Shown: positions 41,270 to 54,870 of the stretch, piece by piece | Layout of the letters: each line of letters starts with the position of its first letter | Position numbering within the stretch: the stretch's first letter is position 1 | Made by a program: the position numbers and the translations under genes | Source of the DNA: Octopus vulgaris | Taxonomy: Eukaryota | Assembly: GCA_951406725.2 (NCBI GenBank) | Contig: OX597822.1 | Location: 86,924,001 to 86,988,000 of the forward strand | Reading direction: 5' to 3' | Length of the DNA stretch: 64,000 bases | Notes under the pieces: model-generated | What the model saw: only the letters and a program-made list of their open reading frames with translations | Databases searched by the model: none | Told to the model about the DNA's origin: nothing

Positions 41270-41392
41270 TCTCTGATGAAGCCTAGAGGCACACCCAATA
41301 CCCTAATTTTATCTACTGATCACTACAGAACACTGAAGAGATGGAAATAACATGTAGGGTATTGTGACCTCTTGGCAGAAACGGCCGTAAGA
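41270..41392 (+). ncRNA. Type I hammerhead ribozyme with long stem II and palindromic GGCC loop III
   Basis: ucu-CUGAUGA-agccuagaggcacacccaauacccu...aggguauugugaccucuuggca-GAAAC-GGCC-GUA-aga. Confidence 0.82.
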
Positions 41393-41514
41393 AACCGTTC
41401 TTTTTCTATTCTATGAATTACTGGTACGTATGTATGCAATACACAGTCTTTACATATGTATTTATTCTCATAAATGTTTCAGAATATATAAATAGACATA
41501 ATATAATGTCTAAC

Positions 41515-41833
41515 GTGGAGGCGCAATGGCCCAGTGGTTAGGGCAGTGGACTCGCAGTTGTAGGATCGCGGTTGTAGGATCGCAGTTTTGATTCCCAGAC
41601 CAGGCATTGTGAGTGTTTATTGAGCGAAAACACCTAAAGCTCCACGAGGCTCCGGCAGGAGATGGTGGCGATCCCTGCTGTACTCTTTTGCCACAACTTT
41701 CTCTCACTCTTTCTTATGTTGGCCTGCTCGCTTAGCCAGCGGGGTGGCATCATTTGAAGGCTAAAACAATGCGAAGTGCATTGTGACCAGCGATGTGTAG
41801 CAACATCTGTTAGCCTGGTCAGTCACGGTGATC
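41515..41833 (+). mobile_element. Full-length tRNA-derived SINE family E with 9-bp TSD
   Basis: TSD atgtctaac at 41506-41514 and 41834-41842; A box tggcccagtgg; internal tandem duplication of gttgtaggatcgc. Confidence 0.92.
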
Positions 41834-42061
41834 ATGTCTAACAGTTGATGTATCCCCTCCATTTTCTTCTTGCTGTATAATTTAAGGGTAAATCACTTTT
41901 TACTCTTGGCCAGTTACTACATTCAATAGTGAAATTGCCGCACAATAACCAGCACTTGGGTATTAATAATTGAGTACAGTACCAGCAGCATATTGCATAG
42001 TCAGTATCCCTAGGTTGGATTCACAAACTCTAACTCTCACTGAATTATATATTATATATAG

Positions 42062-42247
42062 TGCGGGTGGCACGTAAAAAGCACCCACTACACTCACGGA
42101 GTGGTTGGCGTTAGGAAGGGCATCCAGCCGTAGAAACACTGCCAGATTTGACTGGGCCTGATGAAGCCTTCTGGCTTCACAGACCAGCAGAACGTCCAAC
42201 CCATGCTAGCATGGAAAACGGACGCTAAATGATGATGATGATGATGA

Positions 42248-42250
<3 letters not shown>
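42062..42250 (+). mobile_element. Young RTE 3'-end fragment
   Basis: CpG-intact, (GAT)n tail. Confidence 0.9.
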
Positions 42251-42269
<19 letters not shown>

Positions 42270-42284
<15 letters not shown>

Positions 42285-42627
42285 CGGCAAAATGTCTGTC
42301 TGTGTGTGTATCCTTTATACAAATCCACAATTTTTCAGTTAGAGGGCTCACACTTTCTATGGTCATTCAAAACCATCCAAGGGTGGTTGGGCACATCTTT
42401 ACATTTCCCCAGTCACCCTGCAAAGAATCAATAGAAGTGACATTTTTGTGAATTTTCTATCCAAAACCCAATAAAAATGCCCGAAACTTGATATGCCAAT
42501 TGAATACCAGCTAGCTCTATGTGATTGGTTGGAGATTTGGACAGTACTCGCATGTATGTGCGCACGCACGCAGCTGTACATGCATGCACTAGCACTATGA
42601 CCCTGTGTTGCCGGGTTATAGTGCTAG
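42270..42627 (+). mobile_element. Non-autonomous Helitron
   Basis: Homologous to 17499-17856; terminal hairpin actagcactatgaccc/gggttatagtgctagt ending CTAG^T. Confidence 0.85.
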
Positions 42628-42744
42628 TATATATATATAAAGATGCACTAATATCTTGACATCCTTGTTACTTATTTGCTTTTTATTCACCTACTTCAAG
42701 CTGTGCGAATAATACTGGACTGGCCTAATTCAACTGAATCTTAA

Positions 42745-42775
<31 letters not shown>

Positions 42776-42781
42776 CATACA

Positions 42782-43634
42782 TATGAAGGTGTATTCCAGA
42801 AGTTTTGGAACATTTTTAGGAGAGGCAGTTATAACTGTCTTAGATTATTTTAATTTTAGTGTATCATTACTACACCACTAATAATCTGACCTGCCAACTT
42901 TTGTTATTCCAGATTAAAGGAGATGGCAGTGACAAACCTTTGAAGATACAAACACTGCTTGTCACAGGTGATTTGTTTGCAGAATGCAATCCAGATGTGA
43001 AGACAATTTGGAAGCTCACTTTGCAATAAAGTTTTGTGTTTAACTGGGCAAAAATGCTACAGAGACTTATGAAATCCTCCAGACTGGTCATGGATTAAAT
43101 TGTATGAACTGAGCATATGTTTTTTGCTGGTACAAGAGGCCAAGCAGTGCAAGTCTACAGAGAAGCTCATGCAAGTCCCCTTTCTTGATAGCAAGAGCAC
43201 CATCTACATCCACTGTTTTCCCTCTGGAGATTTTGTGGAGATTTTGAGGGAGCTCAGGTAGAAAGATTTCATCACCAGAGGCCAGAGCACCAGCACCAGG
43301 ACAATGCATCAGTCCACAATTCCATCCTGGTAACCAAACTACTTGACAAAGATGGACATCAGAACTGTCATCCCTCACCCTCCCTACAACCCAGACCTTG
43401 CTCTCTGTGATGTTTAGTTGTTCACCCAAGCTGAAGGAGATTATGACAAAGGACTCCGACACCTTCACTTTGGAGGATTCCCACAGAACCTTCACGAAGG
43501 GGATGGAAAGCTACAAAAAGTGTATTGAAGTCGTCAGAGGTTCCTGCTGTGAAGGAGATTAGAGTTTTGTTCTCCTTTGAAATAAATAAATGTCTCAACT
43601 GAAAAGGTCTCAAAACTTCTGGAATGCACCTTGT
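42782..43634 (+). mobile_element. Internally deleted mariner element with TIRs
   Basis: TIRs aaggtgtattccagaagttttg / caaaacttctggaatgcacctt; LGKNATETYEIL, HQDNA and HPPYNPDLALCD remnants. Confidence 0.85.
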
Positions 43635-43644
43635 GTGTATGTGC

Positions 43645-43890
43645 ATGAGGTAGACCCAGGAAGAAGTGATGAGAAAAGATCTTTAGATGTTGAGCCTCAC
43701 AGAGGAGATGACAAGGGACAGAGACTTCTGGTGATTTGCTGTGCTTGAGAAGACATGTCAAACTAAGTAGAATCATGGCCATCCATACCTTCAGGCTTGT
43801 CTTTTATGGCTATGCCACCTACTGCAGCTCTCTGGCTGGCCAGCTCCTGTGAAACCATCTAATCCATGCCAGCATGGAAAATAGATGATA
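43645..43890 (+). mobile_element. RTE ORF end and 3' tail fragment
   Basis: RGRPRKK..DL..LSLTEEMTRDRDFW..AVLEKT and tail motif. Confidence 0.75.
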
Positions 43891-43899
43891 TATGTGTGA

Positions 43900-43949
<50 letters not shown>

Positions 43950-43967
43950 CAATAATATAAATCAGTA

Positions 43968-44165
43968 ATATTTCTTTCTACTATAGACACAAGGCCTGAA
44001 ATTTTGGTGGTGGGGACAGTTGATTACATGACCCCCAATACTCAACTGGTTCTTATTTTATAGGTCCCAAAAGGATGAAAGGCAAAGTCGACCTTGGCAA
44101 AATTTGAACTTAGAATATAAAAATTTGCTTAGTGTGCTAACTATACTGCCAGCTCACTGCCTTAC
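43968..44165 (-). mobile_element. SINE family C
   Basis: Homology to the other family C copies. Confidence 0.8.
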
Positions 44166-44594
44166 TATAGATTGGTAATACTAACAAGTAATATAGTAGG
44201 GGCCATTTCAATTAACTTTGCTTATCAAATTTAAAATGTAGTTTCGTACGTTGCTAAAAGAAACTTCTGTTATTGACTGTGGCAATAAGAGAAGGAAGCT
44301 GAGTGGATCTGAATAGAATTTGAACTTAAAGCCATGACACAGCGAACTATTTTACTGTCAAATATCCTGCTTGACACTCTTATCCTGTCTACCAAATTAT
44401 CACCAAATATTCTGTTTATATTTTCTAGCTTTTATCTGTGATTAATTAAAACATATGTACTTTGTCCGGGCATGGCTACTTTTTTCTCCTTCTTTATGCA
44501 CTGACAGAGAACGGAAATTGTCTCATCAGTACATCATATTCCTGCTGTACATCATCTTCTTGTTTTGGAGAACAGCTTCCTCCCTCTACACAAA

Positions 44595-44628
<34 letters not shown>

Positions 44629-47600
44629 CTAAGTAAACTGTCTTTTTTGAAATATTTCAATTTAAATTCCTGATTCAAGACTTTGTGTAAACGATATCAG
44701 TTCCTCATCCATGTTTTATTTATTATTTATTTGCCTCACTATTAAATGTCTCGTCACTTTGTCTTGGGTCTTGGGAGTAAAATAAACTTAGATGAAATTA
44801 TTTTGCAATATAGATTACTCATATTCTTAAATTTATTTGTATACATGTATATATGTATGTATGCATTATCTGTCTGTATATACACATGTGTGTGTGTATG
44901 TATGTATATATATGTGTGTATGTACATATGCATGTATGTATCTGTCTATCTATCTAGCTATCTATCTATCTGTCCATATGTAGATAATGATGCAAATAAA
45001 CAAACATGCTTGGGCTTTATATTTATATAAAATATGCACACATACATACATGTAAATGTATACAGGAGTATATATGCAGAGAGAGAAACAAAAGCTGAAA
45101 ATATTCTGGAGATGAACATTCATGTATAAACATACATAGATTTATATATTTATAGAACAGATTGACATGGATTACAAATGACACAAAAAATTAAGTTAGG
45201 AGGGCATGGTATTTCAGGTTTGACAGCTGTTTCTGGGGGCTCAGAAGGATGTAATAGTTGTAATGTTGGCAAATGAAGCATACAAAAAGTCAAGAATATG
45301 CAACCAGTTGTGGATGCATACAAACATTACCATAAACCTGGCCTCCATCTTCAGAGTGGAGAGATTGGCACCTAACCATCTAACTGGTTAGATATATTTT
45401 GTATATCAAGACCAAGCATGTTTATCTGATTATTTGCATCATCTCCATATCTGTTTACCTGGATTCCTCTTATAGCCACTCTTTACTCCACAATCTTAGT
45501 CCTCTATAAAATTTTTTGGAGTGTAAGTTCACACCATTTGAGCACTACAAAGTGTTTTCCATCTTGAGTATCTCTGGATTGCATCTGTTGACTATATATG
45601 TGCATGTATATATATATGTGTGTGTGTGTGTGTCTTGCAAGCTACTCAGCAACCCTGCTGGTGCTCAGCCACCTGCATTGATGCTATGTAAAGAGTACCT
45701 GTGCTGGTGTCCCTTAAAATCACCAAGTCCATTCTGTAAAGTGGGGGGCTATTAGGAAAGGCATCCATGCCAAAATAGAGCCTGGAGCAGCTCTCTTATT
45801 TGTTAGCTTCTGTCAGACCATCCAACCCATGCCAGCATGAAAAACAGACGTTATGTACCCTAACCCACTGTATAACTCTGATCTTATTTGGCTGATGTAA
45901 TTCTTTGGTATGATGGTTTGTTTTTAATAGATTTATACTTTCTTTTTAATCTGGGTTCGATGCTCTGTTTTACCTTGTTCTTCGATTGTTATTGTCTGAA
46001 AGTGTTTTATGATTGTTGAACTTGTTTGACTTATTGAATTTCTGTCCACTTTTGCTTACATCTGTATACGAGGAGGTATGGGTTATCTCCCTTCACTTAT
46101 TTCTTGATTTGTTTTGTAAATACTTACAGGCCTTATGATTCCTTCTGTTGTTGTCAGGTGTTTGTTTTACTGACTTTTTATTCTAATCTTGGTCTCCTCT
46201 AATTCTTTTCCATAATTGGTTTCCACTCATGTAACCTTAAATTTTTCAGTTGTAGCATTTTATTTGATTTCATTTCCACCAACTGTATATCAGTTTTCCA
46301 TGAATCTAATACATTTTCTTGTGTCTTTCCACTTATTCATTTGGTGGTTTCTTTCTGCATTACTTTGCCATATTTTCCAAATTTATCTTTGAATTTATGT
46401 TCTTGAAGTCATTATAGAATGATTTCTGCTTCAAATTTTTGATGCTAGGTTTATTCCAGTTTCAAGTTTCCTGGTAGAACACAAAATAGTCTTCCAGAAA
46501 CTAAAATACTCAAAAAAATTGACCAAGTCATGCCATAAACAAGGCAAAAGAAATGTCAGTCTCTGATTTACGGAGAAACCCGCACATTGATTGGGAGAAG
46601 ACAAAGCATCCATATTCCATTTAGCCATACAATACTTTCCAATTCTCTATGGATGTTGCATTATTTTATTATTATCAGTTTGTCCGTTGCTGTCAAAGAT
46701 GACCAAGAGACATCATGTAGGAGAAGAAGGCAGGACACTGTGTGTCCAACTGTGGCCAATCTGTCTGATGCATACTTGGAAGGCTGTGTGCCACAGGTCA
46801 GGCACTAGTGGTCTGTTGGGAGTGAAAGGCAATGAGTTGGCACTGGACTTGCATAGTTCATATTTTCTTTGTTTGCATAAAATCTATAAGACAAGTTCCT
46901 CCACGTATTTCACTTTATTTGTTTGTAAAAATAAGCACTTATGTGTCTTGTGAAGCACAGATCATAATAGGATTTTAAACACCTTCAGGCCTAAAAGAGT
47001 TTAACGACATCCAAAATACAATCTGCCATGAAATCTCTAGAAAACAGATTGATTTAAATCTTTTCTACTTTCTTATTTCCCTGTCAGCTCAGTTGATTAA
47101 CATCAGTAATTTATGTAAGAAAGATGTCACTTCCTTCACAAGTCTTACCAGCAGCTGTGCTCTTTTTGAAAGTTTCTCTTGAATTATTATATTGTAAACA
47201 CAACCATTGATAAATGTTAATCAAGATTTTAGTTTTTGTTATGAGAAAACTATAACAGTTGTTATGAATTCTTGTATCCTAAATGACATTTATTAATCTT
47301 TTTACCTGTCATTCGCTTTTAACCTGGCATTCACTGCCAGTCCTCCCATTCACAGAAATATTAAAACCTCATGAAATGAAACTAGGATAAATTGTCTTCA
47401 ACAGAGCTTATCATTCGGAACTGGATCAACACTTCTGATTGTTACGTATTACTGTTTTGAGTTGAAAAGCTAAAAAATTTTCAAGAATGAAGTTATATGA
47501 ATGCTTTTTAAATTCTTTTATGTAAAAAGTAATTTTTTGATTGCTTAGGAAAATATGTAGCTCTAGAATATCCAAATTCACTTGATTTAAGCAATTTAGC

Positions 47601-47816
47601 TAAAAAGAAATGTTAACAATTCTTTTGGTATTCATATGGAAAGGAAAAAAATAGATATCCTCCTTTTGATGAGGAATGCTGTAATTTTCTTGTTTGTCTG
47701 TCTAGGTTCAGAAGTGAGGGAACATATTTTGTCTGATTTACATTAATATCCCTGATATTGGCAATGATGGTCCCAAAAGTCCCAACCTTGCACAGTTAAC
47801 TGTATTGCATGTCAAG

Positions 47817-47923
47817 TTATGCGAAGGGACCATTTAGTTGTTCAACTGATCCGATTGGAAGTCGGTGAGTAGGTCGTCCAGCATCAGGAAGTAAGCTGCT
47901 CACACTACTTTTAACATCTTCAA
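47817..47923 (-). CDS. Candidate terminal coding exon (phase 1): xEDVKSSVSSLLPDAGRPTHRLPIGSVEQLNGPFA*
   Basis: Long polypyrimidine tract followed by the first AG; open to TAA; CpGs retained in Arg codons; repeat-free UTR-like flank with AATAAA on the minus strand. Protein not recognised. Confidence 0.5.
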
Positions 47924-49977
47924 CTTTTATTTCAATGAAAAGAAAAAAGAGAAAGAAAATGTTTACTAAGGACTCCTGAACAGCATGTGTCAAGAGTTTT
48001 TGAACATCATGTGTCATAACAGCTTTCCCACCTCTCCTCCTCTCTGCTGAAAGCTCTCACTAGGATGCTAAGGATGAAGCCATATTGTTTGCTATTATCT
48101 GTTTAGCTTGACATCTTGTCTGAAATGCCAAGTCCCTACTGTAAACAGCAACATCTGGTTTACAACAATATTCAGCTGCTACTTTGTTGCACTATGAAAA
48201 TCAGGAATATTACATAATAGCTAGTTGTATGTATCAAACTATTATGTTGAAATAGAGAAGATAGTGTTTGTTAAGTGTTAGGAATCCCATTATTTGTGTA
48301 GATAATGCTAACATTTTTGTTTGTGAGAGATTACATTAAACTGGATGCTAACTGAAATATCTATTACTTTTGAAATTAAAACTTTGTTATCAATGCACTT
48401 TACCATCATAATTCAGTACACAGGAAAAAAATATGCAGATGAACTTAAGAATTTGTATAGGAATACAGAAAAAGAAAGAAAAAAAAATGCGGTCAGCTGA
48501 AATCACATCCAAATACTGAGTCATGAGAATCTTAATTTGACTTGTCTGGTTAATCTTCTAAATTCTTGATCATCATTGCCATATCAGATCATTCTGTCCT
48601 AGTTTTAATGTTTATTTCCAATGTTCTCAGTTCAGTTTGCCGTATTGTCTCTCCATTTATCTATATAATGGGCTTAAAGATTAATTCTTTGATTAAGTTA
48701 CTTAAGCTTTACCTAATGTATTTCAACTTTACCTTTAATGTACAACTCCAAATAGAAACAAAAAAAAAAAATCTCCATATTTTATTGCAAACATCTTAAA
48801 ATTTCCTTGTTCCAATCTTGGTAGTTTGTCTTAGTGGCTCCTTTTGTCTTATTATTCAGATTTCATTTAGATTGCGCATTCTGTAGAACAATTTTCCAAT
48901 TCCCTTTCAATCTTCTGATTTTAGCTGATTTTAGATGTTCTTACTTGAATGTAGCACTTCAAAGTGAAGAATGTCTCCACAGAAACTTCATATTTTAAAG
49001 ACAGCTACTTACACCAGAGAAGATAAAGTTCTACTTCATTATTATAAGCAACAAACTCATTTTTCATTTTAATTTCTCTCATTAAATCTCATGTATCCAA
49101 ACAACATATCAAGCTGCTGTGGTTGTTTCTTATAGCATTTGTCTTTTATACACATTCATTTTTAATTTTGTTACCTTCCTTGTGAACAGAACATGTTATC
49201 AAGTCTTTTAATCACCCACTTTCTCCTTCACACTTTATTTCTGGAGGAGCAGTCACATTCTATTATAAGTTCTTTTAATACGTTGTGTTTTAAATAAAAA
49301 TGAAAAAAAAGTCATTTCTAAAAGCTTGCCGATTGCTTTTATAATTTATTCCTTTTTTTTTTCAGTCACGGTTTCTTTACTAATTTCAGTCAATGGACTG
49401 CAGCCATACTGGGGTACCATCTTTAAAAGGTTTTAGTCACTTACATCAATCCCATTCCTTATTTCAATCTGATCCTTATTTTATTGGTTTGGATTTGTGA
49501 AACTGCTAAGTTATGGGATATAAAGGGATACAGCACTAACAACACTAAATTTTCTTTAGTAAACATAAACACACACACACACACACAAAGGGCTTCCAAG
49601 TCTATAGTAGGAGACACTTGCCCAAGGTACTGTATGCTGGCATTGAACCAGAAACTCCATTGTTTTTAAAAGAAACTCCTTTAACCACACTGCCATTCCT
49701 TTCTGTCACTACCGTAAGTTTCTAGTTGCCACAATATTTTGCTATCAATGTATTTTTAGCACAATTCTTCACTGTATGATGTTTTATCGGGTTATAATTA
49801 TTTTCTTTAAAGCCATCTTTGAAAGCATTCACACTAGGCTGAAGGCTAGTTCAAGTTCTACCAAGATTGACTTTACCATTCTTCCTTTTGGGGTCAATAA
49901 AAATAAGAACTAGTTGAGCACCTGGGTCAGTGTACTCTTTCCTCTGAAATTGGTGGCCTTGTGTCAAAATTATAGCA

Positions 49978-50013
<36 letters not shown>

Positions 50014-50725
50014 AGCTCTACTTTTGAGATTTCTTTTCAATCAAGATGTCAGGTACTAATGAAGTAAATCTAAAATATTGTTGTGGAAATCTATGTGACC
50101 AATCTTAGAAATTACAAATTCACTTTCATTCAATGCTGAGTTTTGTTCAGCAAAAGACAGAAAAAGAATGAAAATTTTTATTTCCTTCTTTTGTTCAACT
50201 TAATATTGAAGCAGTGACTAGTTAATTTCTTTTTTTATTTATTCCATAACCGTCTCTTTCCCTCATTGTGACTTACAAAGGAAATATTCAGATATTTTCC
50301 AAATAACAATGCAACGTTTAAACTTTTGATAATTATAGGGTTCTTGAGACTCAACATGTCATTTATTATTATCTTGACCTGTTGTGGGGAACATTTTAGC
50401 TTGGCCTATTATTATCTCTGTCCTTATTTTTAACAGAAGGACATATTTCACTGCTTCTAGTATTAATATCATTATCTGTTGACATTTCTTATTGAAGAGA
50501 AGATATCTAACAAGAAATACCACACGATTCATAAAAAAAAAACAACCGAAGAGGGATAAATGGAATGAAAATAAAGTATTTAATTGAATATGATAGAAAT
50601 GACACAAATGTTTAATTCAATTTTCATTTTGATTAAACAACAATAACATTTAAAAAAGAATATATTTACTCAAAAAGACCCCACAAAAAGCAAAAATTTA
50701 AATATATATTTTCTGGAAAATAATT

Positions 50726-50814
50726 TTATGTGAATGTCAGAAAATCTCCATCACAGTCTTTTCGTGGCAATCCCTCTAGAGAGGATTGACGTGACTCGTT
50801 GTATTGAATAGGGT
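50726..50814 (-). CDS. Candidate alternative terminal coding exon (phase 1): xPIQYNESRQSSLEGLPRKDCDGDFLTFT*
   Basis: ctaat branch-like motif and ttaattacag acceptor; GC/CpG-richer island in AT-rich flanks; open to TAA. Confidence 0.5.
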
Positions 50815-51018
50815 CTGTAATTAAATATTAATTTCCTGATATTTAATTAGCTTCACTAAAATTATAGATAAAGTAGTAGCAGGGTGTAGACAAATAACAC
50901 TACCTTACTTATAATATTATGTTATGCATATAATAGTATGCTATAAGTATAATGCTATACATATGATACTATACTATACCTACAACACTATACAATACAT
51001 ACAATGTATATGTACTAT

Positions 51019-51125
51019 AGCCTGGTGCAACCATCTGGTTCGCCAGCCCTCAGTCAAAATCGTCTAACCCATGCTAGCATGGAAAGCGGACGTTAAACGA
51101 TGATGATGATGATGATTTAATATCA

Positions 51126-51171
<46 letters not shown>

Positions 51172-51303
51172 GTGTGCGATTCGGTAAAAGAGGCCGATAG
51201 AATAAGTACTAAGCATACAGAAAATAAGTCCTGGGGTCGATTTGCTTGACTAAAAGCGGTGCTCCAGCATGGCCACAGTCAAATGCCTGAAACAAGTAAA
51301 AGA
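51019..51303 (+). mobile_element. RTE 3' tail, (TA)n and SINE family A tail
   Basis: Family motifs as above. Confidence 0.8.
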
Positions 51304-51343
<40 letters not shown>

Positions 51344-51804
51344 TTATATATATATATAAAACACTGTACTATATATCTGATACTATGCTTTATATATCTA
51401 AGTCTATACTATACCTATAGTATTGTACATATAATTATATATAACGAGTTAAATACAGTTGTAACTGAAGATTGATTTTATGTGTCATCTGGAATTCCAA
51501 ACAGCACCAATAAGAATTATAATCATTGTTTGTAAAATGTAATAGATTGTTTTGGAGAAAATTCTGTCATGAATAATGCTTTTCCATTCTTACTAACATA
51601 ACAGAAGAACTGGATATGTTGTGTTGTATGAGGAAATGGCAAAGGAATTTTGAAATGAAACTTAGTCTGTGATTCAAAACTGTCTTTCTGATGGACTCTT
51701 ATAATGAAAAATTATTACTTTTATATATGTGCTCTCTCTTTCTTTCTCTCTCTCTCACTCTCTCTTTCTCTCTGTCTCTCATACACACACATTTACATGC
51801 ATAC

Positions 51805-52030
51805 GTGTGTGTGTCTCTCCATGTTCTGACATCACATGATAGTCATAAATCTGATTACTGTTATTCTTTTTCTTTCTTCCATGAAAAACATGTATGACCA
51901 TGGAAAAATATTTCACCTGTTTCCAAGCAAGGGTTGACAACAAGTAGGGTCTCCAGCTATAGAAAATTTGCCTCACTGGATTCCATCTGACCCATGCAAA
52001 CAGGGAATAGTGAATGTTAAAACAATGCCA
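51805..52030 (+). mobile_element. Old SINE with RTE-like tail (second copy ~53255-53395)
   Basis: atcacatgat.gtcataaat...ccatggaaaaatattt...agggttgacaacaa shared by both copies. Confidence 0.65.
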
Positions 52031-54612
52031 CCAATGGTGCTGAGTAAAGTGCTTTAGTGATAAAGTCACTAACTTTATACACTGAATACTTTGTCTTTGT
52101 CCTGTCTGCATCATAGACTAGAAATTTACTTCTTCTAAGCAGTCAATCTATAATGAGGTCAAGTGTGGGGGGGCATGCATCAATGCAATGCATTGCTTGC
52201 ATTTACCATTTGTTGATGTATTCCTGGGTCCTTTTGGGTAATCTGTTGAGGCAGAGTCCCAATCTGTCCATATCTCTGCAAGATATCTCCTCATCTGCCA
52301 TGACCATGTGGTTGACCACCACAAGCCATCAATTCAGTTGGATCCTCAGTGAAAAGAACGTGGTAAGCAGAGTCACACTCATAGAAATCAAACAACAAGG
52401 CCAAGCAGTTTAAGCTGACACTCCCAAATCATACAAGAAACAAGATGCATTCCAGTTTCTGAGCAGAGTCAGTGGTTGGATATGAAACCTGACCAACAGT
52501 AACCTATAATCCAGCAAAGTGACCTGCTACCAGAGGAGCTCAGGTAGCTTTTAAGTAATCTATGTAAATTATCAACACTATATCTTGTGCAGATTTTCTC
52601 CTAAGAACTAGATGTAATGGTATGATCATATTAAAAGAATACTAAAAGGTGTCCAGTTGAAGCACAGCCAGGAGCAATTCAATGTCAACCAGTCATAAGC
52701 TGTTAATGTTGAAATTTTGATTAGTCTACAATGTAACATTTGAATAAGGTTCATCTTTAACCTTCTCACAGGAAACCAGCCTATTGTATAAGCATAACAG
52801 AGTTAGGGTTATACTTTGAAAAATTGCTTCATTTTATGTTGGCTTTGGGAAGAAACAAAATAATCAATTTTCTTTTTTGTTGTTTGCTTCTCTTTCTTTG
52901 GGTTTTCCTTCTTCCTTAAACATTGTTTTCTTTATTGATGTTCTTACATTAACTTTATGTACTCTATATACTGTACGTACTTCATGCTTTTAACTCATAG
53001 GCACCTTTTTTTTTACACTGTTGTATTGTCAAAGTCTGCCTCTAGAATTCCCACACTGACTTTGAGACACAAAACCTGTTGGCTCAAAGCGTTAGCTGAA
53101 AGATGCCATCCATCTTTTATCCCATGGCGCCATCTGTTGTCATTGATTACTTGTCAGCTGTTCATTTGTAGATTCATTGTGAAATTTGATAAAACCTAGA
53201 TGATAACTTGTAAAATTAAGATTAAAGGCTAAGTTGTGACAAGACAGCCTGATGATGTGTTTGTGTCTCTGTGTCCAGAAATCACATGATCGTCATAAAT
53301 ACTGCCATTCATTTTCATTCTTCTATGAAGAATATATCTGGCCATGGAAAAATATTTCCTTGCTTGGAAACAAGTGAGGGTTGACAACAACCCTGTTGAG
53401 ATTACTATAAAGATAATTATAAATTTATACAAAGACAGTTTGTTCAAGTAGAATTTGTTAAAATCAGTGCTATTGTCTGTAAATATTATCTGTAAGTATT
53501 ATTACAATTCTTCCTGTCTCTCATAGTGAAAAATGTTGGACTGATTGAGTATGAAAAATAATAAATTTAGGTGTTAAATATGTTTAAGAACAGATAACAG
53601 TAACAGCAATGTCCTCTTGGTTGCTGTAAAGTTTGCTGGTAATTCAATATAGAAATCTTGTTGAATTTATTAGTAATTTTTATTCCCAAAACAATTTGTA
53701 AATTTTCTTCCTTGTGCATTCCTTGTTTTATATTTTTCATAATATATTAAACAGAAATTGTTTTTCTGTTGATTTTTTTTGCAATACAGAATAATGTGCA
53801 TTTACTGCTGCTTTAACAAAGTCTATGTAGATTTTTTTTTTTTAATACTGTAATTGATATGAATTGTTACGATTTAGGTTCTCCCTTCAGCTCAAATGAA
53901 TTTTTAAACATTTCTGTCTCAACGCTATTGCTCCTACTTAAGGACATACAAGTCTCCATTTGAATGATGCTTAAGGTGTTATTGCTGTGGTCAACCAGTG
54001 TACTGTTGTGCCAGCCACGCTTAGCAATGTTAGCAAACCGTGTTTACCATATATCAACTTGCTCAACTGATGGCATAGCTCATTATCTGATTGTATCTTC
54101 ATCTGACATTCTTGTCTTTGCTTTATTGTTTTTCTTTTTACATTTCTTTTTGCGTTTGTCAAGTTAGAATTACAACATACCTTAATTCAGTGGAACTTTA
54201 AAAGTCCTTTATTATTGTTTTCAGTTACGGAATTGATTTTTCCTTTTTTTTTCTTCTATATTTACATCTTGTATTATTTCATTATAAGTTTTAAAGAGGC
54301 ACCATTCTTATCTACAAGTCTGGACATTAATAAATATTACATCATGTTGCCAAAAAATTTCACTGCTTTTACACAATAGAGGACTTTTTCATTTGGCATT
54401 TCCTCTTTTATTAAATGATTCCCTTTGATCTCCCTTCTGTATCCTACATTCCTCAAACTTAGAAGCTACAACTTGTCCTTGATAGACAAGCTTCTCAAAT
54501 CTATAGGATGGCCCTTTCATTTCTCTTTTATTCTTTATTTTCGTTTTCCCTTTTCCTTCCTTTTTTCTTTTATACCCTTCTCCCCCTGACCCAACTTCCT
54601 TCACTTTTTACT

Positions 54613-54870
54613 ATCATCATCATCGTTTAACGTCTGTTTTCCATGCTGGCATGGGTTGGACGGTTCAACTGGGGGTCTGGGAAGCCAGGAGGCTGCACCA
54701 GGCTCCAGTCTGATCTGGCAGTGTTTTCTACAGCTGGACGCCCTTCCTAACGCCAACTACTCCGAGAGTATAGTGGGTGCTTTTTACGTGCCACCGACAC
54801 AGGCTAGAGGGGGCTGGCATCAACCACATTTGGATAGTGCTTTTATGTGCCACCAGCACATGAACTCAAC
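54613..54870 (-). mobile_element. RTE 3' end
   Basis: Close match to 13459-13640. Confidence 0.88.

Larger units (their letters stand above)
40823..41879 (+). mobile_element. Fold-back element with hammerhead; right arm interrupted by a SINE
   Basis: Left arm 40823-40967 is the reverse complement of 41419-41514 + 41843-41879. Confidence 0.8.

Noticed and set aside
45900-46430. T-rich stretch suggestive of an antisense LINE endonuclease remnant
   Set aside because: Too decayed to read diagnostic motifs.
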